64,000 nt of DNA from a candidate division FCPU426 bacterium (GTDB lineage Bacteria; Oederibacteriota; Muellerivitia; Muellerivitales; Muellerivitaceae): the NCBI GenBank assembly GCA_963738405.1, contig CAVTWJ010000018.1, positions 64,001 through 128,000 on the forward strand. The letters run 5' to 3'. How positions within the stretch are numbered: the first letter of the stretch is position 1; each line of letters begins with the position of its first letter. The notes under the pieces are model-generated. The model was not told the origin of the DNA, did not search any database, and was given only the letters and a program-made list of their open reading frames with translations. The translations under genes were made by a program, and so were the position numbers. Shown here in pieces: positions 57,685-64,000 of this stretch.

Positions 57685-59592
57685 TTATTTATTGAAAAGG
57701 CTGGGGATAAATCCCGTCAGGAAAGGTACGTAAGTGATAAGAAACACCATGGCCACCATTAAGAGGTACATCGGGAGTATGGCCTTGTAAACCTCGGTCA
57801 TGGGTTTCTTGAAGCGGTAGGAGGAAAGAAACAGGTTCAACCCCAGGGGCGGGGCCATGAAACCCAGCTCCATATTGCAAAGAAAAACGATACCCATGTG
57901 CACCGGGTCCACGTGAAAGGCGTCGGCCATGGGAACCAAAAGGGGAACCACCACCACGATGGCGGCGAAAATTTCCAAGAGTCCGCCGATAAAGATCAAC
58001 ATCACATTGACCATCAAGAGGAAAAGCCATTGTGAATGCACATTGGTCGAAACCCAATCGGCCAGCTTGGCAGGGATCTGGGCATCCACCATGTCGTTCG
58101 TGAACCCGAGGGACACTCCTAAAATGAGGAGAACGCCTCCCACTAAGATGCCGCACTCGGTGATGACAGCAGGGATGTACTTGAGTTTTAGATCCCGGTA
58201 CACGATCACTTCCACCACGAAGGCGTAGAGGGCTGTCAGGGCGGCCGATTCCACCAGGGTCACCTTCACCACAAACAAAAAGATAAATACGACCAGGGGA
58301 AGAAAGAACTCCCATTTTGCTTTCCAAATGGCATCCCGGGCCTCGGCGAAAACAAACGGATGTTTGCTCGCCTGATCGCTTGAACCCTTGACGACTCCGA
58401 AAATCGCCGTCATCACGATCAAAAGAAAACCGGGCAAAAGCCCGCCCAAGAAAAGCTTGTCGATGGGAGTGTGGGAGACGACGCCGTAAAGAATGACTGG
58501 AAGGCTGGGAGGGAAAAGAAGGCCGAGGGAACCGGCGGAAGTCAAAAGACCCAGGGAATTTCGTTCGGTATATTTTTCGGCAATCAGGATGGGCATCAGA
58601 AGCCCGCCCAGGGCCAAAATCGTCACACCCGAGCCCCCAGTGAATGAGGTAAAGAAGGCGCAGACCAGGCAGGTCACGATGGCGGGCCCACCCTTCATGG
58701 AACCGAAAAGGGCTTGGAAGACGCGGAGCAGCCGCTTGGAAGCCCCGCCTTCGGCCAAAAAGTAACCGGTGAGGGTGAAGAGGGGTATGGTGGGGATCGT
58801 TGGGGAAACCACCATGCGGTAGGTTTCAGCCGGGATGGAATCGATGGGGGTATCGGAGTTCCAAAGAAAAATCAGGGCCGCCCCGCCCAAGGCCACGAAG
58901 ACCGGTGTGCCCAAAACGACAGCCAATAGCAAAACGGCGAAAGCGATATAAAGGAAAGTTTCCGAGGGGCTGTGCAAAAGAGGCCCCAGGGAGGCCAGCC
59001 CTGCGGCCATGGCGAGGGTGGCCAGGCGCATGTACCAGTGGATGCCGGACCGCCAGATCAACCGGATTAGGATCAACGTGAATCCCAGCGGCAGGAAAGC
59101 CAGGACAATCCACTTGGGAATACCAATGGCGATGATATCGCCCACCTGCTGTTCGATCAGTGCGAAGTTAAAGGAGGCCTTAGCCAGGTAAAGGGTAATG
59201 GCGGCCCCGAAGGCCGAGGTCATGACCCGGGTAAAGGCCTTGTACTTGTCGGGGATCATGCTGGAGGTGGAGGAGAGTGCAAGCAATTTACCCTCACGCG
59301 CGGCGATGGCCCCGCCGAACATCATAATGGCCAAAACAGTGTGCTGGACCAGGGTGAGGGAACCCGGGACCAGGGTGATGGGAACAAACTGAAAAAAGCC
59401 GTGCAGTTTCCGCCCCAAAATGTCCAGCAGGGGCAGGATCATCATGAAGGCGAAAAAGAAAGTCAGAAGCAGGTTTTCGGCGGGGTGCCAGAAAGCCTTT
59501 TGAACCGGGGGCTCGCCCGGATGATCTTCCACCGCTAAAACGGACCCCGGTTCGGGAAGCTCTATATTTTCCGGGTTTTCGATCGAACTCAT
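57685..59592 (-). CDS. TRAP transporter fused small+large permease (DctQM)
   Basis: N-terminal DctQ-like 4 TM, then DctM motifs TIPLF, GSLGLLFPPS, PPLGLNLF. Confidence 0.88.
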   Translation of the reverse strand: MSSIENPENIELPEPGSVLAVEDHPGEPPVQKAFWHPAENLLLTFFFAFMMILPLLDILGRKLHGFFQFVPITLVPGSLTLVQHTVLAIMMFGGAIAAREGKLLALSSTSSMIPDKYKAFTRVMTSAFGAAITLYLAKASFNFALIEQQVGDIIAIGIPKWIVLAFLPLGFTLILIRLIWRSGIHWYMRLATLAMAAGLASLGPLLHSPSETFLYIAFAVLLLAVVLGTPVFVALGGAALIFLWNSDTPIDSIPAETYRMVVSPTIPTIPLFTLTGYFLAEGGASKRLLRVFQALFGSMKGGPAIVTCLVCAFFTSFTGGSGVTILALGGLLMPILIAEKYTERNSLGLLTSAGSLGLLFPPSLPVILYGVVSHTPIDKLFLGGLLPGFLLIVMTAIFGVVKGSSDQASKHPFVFAEARDAIWKAKWEFFLPLVVFIFLFVVKVTLVESAALTALYAFVVEVIVYRDLKLKYIPAVITECGILVGGVLLILGVSLGFTNDMVDAQIPAKLADWVSTNVHSQWLFLLMVNVMLIFIGGLLEIFAAIVVVVPLLVPMADAFHVDPVHMGIVFLCNMELGFMAPPLGLNLFLSSYRFKKPMTEVYKAILPMYLLMVAMVFLITYVPFLTGFIPSLFNK

Positions 59593-60608
59593 TCCGCCTT
59601 GGCCGCCTTGGCCCGGTACTCATCCCGGTACTTGATGGCCATATCCATAATATCCGTCGGGATGATGGTTCCTGAGATCTGGGGATAGACACTCTGAAAG
59701 AGTTTTTCCCACTGGTCGTATTGATCTTCCGTGATGTCGTGGACCTGAAGCCCATACTTCTTCATGCTTTCAATGGCCTTGTCGTTGCTAATGCGGATGT
59801 CGTCCCGGAAGGACTTGCCAGCGACGGCTGCGGCCTTCAAAACCGCGGGCCGGGCGGAAACGGGAATCTTGTCCCAGCCTTCCTTGGTGATGATGGTAGC
59901 GCCCACCAGCGGGCACCATTTCATGTTGGTCATGTGTTTGGCCAGGGCGAACCACTGGAAGGAAAGGGCGGCGACCGGGGTGGTGTCGAAACAGTTGATC
60001 ATGCCGGTTTGAAGATTGGGCAGGATGTCGGTTGCGGACAGGGGGATGGGGGAAAAACCGGCGGATTTCCAGATATTCATGGTGTCAGCATCGTCTCCCC
60101 AAATGAAGAACTTCATTTTTTTCAAGTCGTCGGGAATCAGGATGGGGGTTTTGCCGAAGAAATAAACCCAACCCGCCTCGCCCCAGTTCAACACCTTGAA
60201 ACCCTTGGCTTCCAGGCGTTTTTCCAGGATGGGCTGCATCTTGGCGCGGACGTAATCGCTTTCTTTGTAATTTTTGTACAACATGGGAATGGAAAGCACT
60301 TCCACGGCCTTGTCGATCGCGGAAAGCCCCACCACCGTGAAGACGCCTACTTGAAGCTGGTGGATGCGCAGTTTGCTGACCATGTCGGGCTCGTCGCCCA
60401 AAACACCTCCAGGGTAGATCTGCAATTTCACCCCGGACTTAAGCCAGGAGTTGCCCATGTCGTCCAGGATGTTATAGAAAGGCGAATGGTCGGGGGCCAG
60501 GGTACCCAGTTTCAAGGTAACGGCGGCATTCTGCGCGCGGGCGGAAAGGGGCAACAAGGTTGTTCCCAATGCGACCAAAATTAAACTTATGCGTCGTAGG
60601 GTCTTCAT
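59589..60608 (-). CDS. TRAP substrate-binding protein (DctP/TatP-type)
   Basis: Signal peptide, LGTLAP..SP, YPGGVLGDE, LQTGMI. Confidence 0.88.
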   Translation of the reverse strand: MKTLRRISLILVALGTTLLPLSARAQNAAVTLKLGTLAPDHSPFYNILDDMGNSWLKSGVKLQIYPGGVLGDEPDMVSKLRIHQLQVGVFTVVGLSAIDKAVEVLSIPMLYKNYKESDYVRAKMQPILEKRLEAKGFKVLNWGEAGWVYFFGKTPILIPDDLKKMKFFIWGDDADTMNIWKSAGFSPIPLSATDILPNLQTGMINCFDTTPVAALSFQWFALAKHMTNMKWCPLVGATIITKEGWDKIPVSARPAVLKAAAVAGKSFRDDIRISNDKAIESMKKYGLQVHDITEDQYDQWEKLFQSVYPQISGTIIPTDIMDMAIKYRDEYRAKAAKAE

Positions 60609-60637
60609 GAAATTTCCTTTTACTGCTTTCTTTAGAA

Positions 60638-61558
60638 TCACAAGAACAGCTTGTCTTCGTTCGCCAAGAGCCAGCGGGCTCTGTCCTGCATCAGCAAATT
60701 GACGAGGCGGGAACTGGGTTCCTGATCCGCATCAATGGCCAAGGCTTTGTTCAGCATTTCCTCAAACTCGGCCTTGTTTTGTTGTTTCTCGTCCACAGCC
60801 TCCGCGTAATTGATGTAAGTGGAAGCGTGCAACCCTTTGTTCAGCACCAGGGCCCGGTCGAAATGCTCTTTTGCTTTCACCACCGAACCACCCATCATGG
60901 CGGGTTTGCCGCCTTCATAGGTGATCAGGAAATCATGGATGGCGCCCTCATCGTAATCGGGGTTCAATTCGTAGGCGCGATAGAGTAGGGCCTCGGCCTG
61001 GGGCTCCTCGGCCATACGGTCGTTGTCGTCCTTGTCGATCACAATGGCTCCCAGCCAAGAAGCGGCGGTCCAGTAAAGAAGTTCCACGTCGTCCTTGTCG
61101 GCCTTGGCGACCGTTCCCTTGGGGTCCAGTTTCAGCATTTCGCTGAACTTGTCGTGACGGGCGTCCAAGCCCCTTAAACCGTAGCCCTGGGCCCGCAGGT
61201 AAAGGTTCTTGGCGCGGTGGGTCCAGACTTTCTTTTTTTCGTACTGGGCGTCTTCCATCTTCTCCTCGTCCGATTGGACGAAGGCATAGGCGTATTCGGT
61301 AAAGCCTTTGGCGAGGGCGGTCAAAAGGCCCACGTGGCGGGGAGTTGCGGAAAGCACGCTTTCCATCAGCTTCAAGCTGAAAGGAACGGCTTCCCGGATG
61401 AGTTGCGGGTCGTTATCTGAGCTAAAGGTGTCGCCCGTGCCCGCCAAGCTGTCCGCGATGGAATCCACCGCCATGGATTTCAGAAAGCAACCATGCAGGG
61501 ATAAGCCCAATCCCAATAAAAGGACAAGAAGTAGAACTATTCGTATCGTGGAACTCAA
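60638..61558 (-). CDS. TRAP T-component (TatT) lipoprotein
   Basis: Lipobox LHGC, DNDPQLIREAVPFSLKLME, YAYAFV, helical repeats; TTG start with GGAGG. Confidence 0.85.
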   Translation of the reverse strand: MSSTIRIVLLLVLLLGLGLSLHGCFLKSMAVDSIADSLAGTGDTFSSDNDPQLIREAVPFSLKLMESVLSATPRHVGLLTALAKGFTEYAYAFVQSDEEKMEDAQYEKKKVWTHRAKNLYLRAQGYGLRGLDARHDKFSEMLKLDPKGTVAKADKDDVELLYWTAASWLGAIVIDKDDNDRMAEEPQAEALLYRAYELNPDYDEGAIHDFLITYEGGKPAMMGGSVVKAKEHFDRALVLNKGLHASTYINYAEAVDEKQQNKAEFEEMLNKALAIDADQEPSSRLVNLLMQDRARWLLANEDKLFL

Positions 61559-61704
61559 AAAAACCTCCTAAAAAAGAGGGCCCATGTGGGCTCGTAAAAC
61601 GGCTTATCGTTTTACCGTTAGACGGTTGAGGTGTCAATGACGGCCTTAGCTATAAGAAAACAGTAGAATTATAGGGTTTTCGGGCTAAAGGGGCCTTAGA
61701 AAAT

Positions 61705-61735
61705 AAAAAAAGCGGATCTAGGGGATCCGCTTTTT
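61705..61735 (-). terminator. Rho-independent terminator (potentially bidirectional)
   Basis: AAAAAGCGGATC-loop-GATCCGCTTTTT. Confidence 0.8.
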
Positions 61736-61761
61736 GAACCTATCGGGACGACAAAAACAGG

Positions 61762-62220
61762 TTAATTTGCCGCCGGGGACGTTGAGGCGTCAGGCGTCGC
61801 TGAAGCGCCGCTATCGGTCGAACCTTCCGCCTTCTGGTCGTGGATGGCGGTGGAATTATCGTCCAACTCCTGGTTCAGCTGTTTGGATTGGTCCGAGGTT
61901 AGTTTCCCATCGCCGTTGGCCTTGATGTCGCTTTGCATTTCTTCCCGGATGGATTTGACCTTGGCATGGAGTGCCTTGGCCTCGTCCTTAGTCAATTTCT
62001 TGTTCTTGACCCCGGCCTTAATGCGCATGTTTTGCTCCTCAAACCGGCCATGAAGTTCTTTAATCATGGGGTGGTTTCCTTTTCCCATAGGGCTCATGGG
62101 GGTGGCTTCGGCGGAGGGGGCGGTAGCAGCGGCAGGAGTCGAGGTATCGTTTTGGGCAAGCAGGATCCCGGCGGCACCGGCGAACAACAAAGCGGACGTC
62201 AACGACAGAATTTTTTTCAT
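61762..62220 (-). CDS. Exported helical low-complexity protein
   Basis: Signal peptide MKKIL..LLA-Q; repeated LTxxExxxL segments; RBS GGAGGA. Confidence 0.75.
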   Translation of the reverse strand: MKKILSLTSALLFAGAAGILLAQNDTSTPAAATAPSAEATPMSPMGKGNHPMIKELHGRFEEQNMRIKAGVKNKKLTKDEAKALHAKVKSIREEMQSDIKANGDGKLTSDQSKQLNQELDDNSTAIHDQKAEGSTDSGASATPDASTSPAAN

Positions 62221-62331
62221 GGGTACATCCTCCAAAAAGTTTGTGCCTCTCAACATGGATTGGACGGGGAAAGAAGCGAAAAAGTTCAAGGAGTCAGGAA
62301 CAGGAATGTTAAATCTTGAGGTGGGAACAAT

Positions 62332-62366
62332 AAAAAAGGGGCCCGATCATTGACCGGGCCCCTTTT
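62332..62366 (-). terminator. Rho-independent terminator
   Basis: AAAAGGGGCCCG-loop-CGGGCCCCTTTT just after the 62380 stop. Confidence 0.8.
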
Positions 62367-62379
62367 GAAAAATTTGAAA

Positions 62380-62589
62380 TTACTTGCTGGGTGCGGTGCT
62401 GGTAGTGGTATCCGTGGTGCTGGAGGCGCTGCTGGCAGAAGCGCTCTTCTTGTGTTTTTTGTGGCCCTTAGACTTGTGGCTCTTGTGAACTTTCGGGGGA
62501 GCCGAACCCGTCGTGTCTTGCGCCATCACTAAACCGGATGTAACGGCCAAGAAGGCAACCGCCAAAGACAACACAATCAACTTTTTCAT
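62380..62589 (-). CDS. Small exported His/Lys-rich disordered protein (Asr-like composition)
   Basis: Signal peptide then KVHKSHKSKGHKKHKK and a Ser/Thr tail; RBS GAGGAGG. Confidence 0.7.
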   Translation of the reverse strand: MKKLIVLSLAVAFLAVTSGLVMAQDTTGSAPPKVHKSHKSKGHKKHKKSASASSASSTTDTTTSTAPSK

Positions 62590-62734
62590 TGAAATCCTCC
62601 TCAAAGTTTTAAACAAGCAGGCTTATCCTACCCAAGTTAGACGAAAAGAAGCTTTTAAATGTTTCGCGATTTGATAAGGCCTTCGGACGATATTTGTCAT
62701 TCGTTTTCCCTCTGTTAAAAAGCGTTTTTCAACC

Positions 62735-62763
62735 TTGTTATTTTACCGACCGGTCAGTAGGTT
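62735..62763 (+). promoter_or_regulatory. Promoter with TetR-type operator in its spacer
   Basis: -35 TTGTTA, 17 nt, -10 TAGGTT; palindrome TACCGACCGGTCAGTA (62744-62759); ATG 7 nt after the -10. Confidence 0.7.
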
Positions 62764-62770
62764 ATTGCCC

Positions 62771-63385
62771 ATGGTCAAAATTTTAAACGAAATAAAACAC
62801 GCGGATCAAAAAAAGCGCTTTGTCGCCCAGGCGAGAAAGCTCTTCGCCTCCAAGGGCGTCATGGAAACCAGCATGTCCCAAATCGCCCGGGCCTGCAAGG
62901 TCACCAAGCCGGCGCTTTACCATTACTTCAAAAGTAAGGACGCGATCCTCAAGGAAATATTTCTTTCCCATGTGGTCGAAAAAAAGGAAACCATCGCCCA
63001 ATTGTTAAGCCGGGCGAAAAACCTCGAAGAATCCCTCTACATCATCGGCAAGTACCATCTGCAGGACATGGCCCGGCCGGACCATTTCGAGCTTTTGAAA
63101 ATCCTCTTGAGCGAAACCATGAAGAACGCTGAGATGAGAAAGTTCTACCTGCGGTTCATCACCGAGCAAATTCAAACGGTGGTTCAGGAAATTCTCATCC
63201 CCAGGGTTCCCCATCCGAAGGGAGAGAAGGAAACCCGCATGCTCTTTTTTCAGTTTTTCGCCTGCATCCTCCATTACTCCTGGCACCAGATGATGGTGGG
63301 AGATATCACGCCTCTGATCGGCGATTCGGAAGTTTTCATCCGCACCCTCTCCCAAACCTATGCCCGGGAGCTTCAGAGAGCGTAA
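62771..63385 (+). CDS. TetR/AcrR family regulator
   Basis: ARKLFASKG..TSMSQIA..VTKPALYHYFKSKDAI helix-turn-helix. Confidence 0.92.
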   Translation: MVKILNEIKHADQKKRFVAQARKLFASKGVMETSMSQIARACKVTKPALYHYFKSKDAILKEIFLSHVVEKKETIAQLLSRAKNLEESLYIIGKYHLQDMARPDHFELLKILLSETMKNAEMRKFYLRFITEQIQTVVQEILIPRVPHPKGEKETRMLFFQFFACILHYSWHQMMVGDITPLIGDSEVFIRTLSQTYARELQRA

Positions 63386-63434
63386 TTATTTTTCAACTCG
63401 ATAGACAAAAGGCGAGCGCAAAGGATCTTTCTTC

Positions 63435-64000
63435 ATGAAAGAGGTCGAGGCCCAACCCATGCAAGTTTTTCGGCAGGAGGAGGATTTTCAGGCTTTCGTA
63501 TACGAACACCGAAGCCTGTGGCTTCGCCTGGCCTACCGTGTGCTGGAAAACAGGGAGGAAGCGGAGGATACGGTCCAGGAAACCTTGGCGATCCTCTGGG
63601 AAAAACGCCATGACCTGGAAGTAGAAAATCCGGCCGCCTATGCCGCGCGATCGGTTTGGCTGAATTCCATCAAGAGACGCAGCCGCAAAAAGCCGCAGAT
63701 TCCGCTGGAGGAGATCGCGGAACTCCAAGCCCCGGAGGAAGAGGGCCCCGGGGAAGGACTGGGTGATCTGGATCCGCTGGAACTGGAAGAAGCCCTCATG
63801 GAATTGCCGGAAGCCCAGCGGACGGTAATCCGGATGAAATATTACATGGGTCTTTCTTTCCGGGAAATCGGGGAGGCCTTGCAGATTTCGTTGAATACCG
63901 CCGGCAGCCGCTGCCGGTACGCGCTGGAGACCCTTCGGGAATTGTTGACGCCCGACGATAACCCTCAAGAGCCGAAAAAAAAGTTGGAGGAAGCCTTATG
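63435..64000 (+). CDS. ECF sigma-70 factor (runs to window edge; absent from the ORF track)
   Basis: Hand translation: LAYRVLENREEAEDTVQE (region 2) and LPEAQRTVIRMKYYMGLSFREIGEALQISLNTAGSRCRYA (region 4). Confidence 0.9.
   Translation, partial: MKEVEAQPMQVFRQEEDFQAFVYEHRSLWLRLAYRVLENREEAEDTVQETLAILWEKRHDLEVENPAAYAARSVWLNSIKRRSRKKPQIPLEEIAELQAPEEEGPGEGLGDLDPLELEEALMELPEAQRTVIRMKYYMGLSFREIGEALQISLNTAGSRCRYALETLRELLTPDDNPQEPKKKLEEAL

Noticed and set aside
59721..60584. Long antisense ORFs (this 287-aa one and many similar)
   Set aside because: Shadows of GC3-rich real genes; no recognisable motifs or start signals
63393..63968. 191-aa minus-strand ORF in the track
   Set aside because: Antisense shadow of the plus-strand ECF sigma factor

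Overview
Bacterial chromosomal segment with a moderately GC-rich core and several AT-rich single-gene inserts. From left to right it holds: (1) the end of a group 3d (NAD-coupled, Hox-type) [NiFe]-hydrogenase operon (hoxU partial, hoxY, hoxH, hoxW) with hypF-C-D, an inverted hypA-B and a separate hypE; (2) ispH and an addB-addA helicase/nuclease pair; (3) hpnC-D-E squalene synthesis; (4) an SGNH / micro-peptide / MBOAT envelope acylation locus and tRNA-Val(CAC); (5) SRAP, queD, nadE, erpA, a lipoate ligase, lpdA, prfC, gcvT-H-P and lipA; (6) pncA/pncB, a TatT-type TRAP transporter, TetR and an ECF sigma factor. The most notable unannotated signals are these. A 69-bp hairpin-bearing element is inserted in-frame twice, in opposite orientations, inside addA, with compensatory stem changes. 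Two further palindromic repeats lie in-frame inside addB. A 39-aa DltX-like acyl-shuttle peptide ending FIYVDF is missed by the ORF track. A diverged duplicate of the prfC 3' end marks an integration scar. There is also a catalytically dead RAYT-like protein, a GcvPA-GcvPB fusion and many apparently leaderless genes. All family assignments come from motif recognition by eye, with no database searches.
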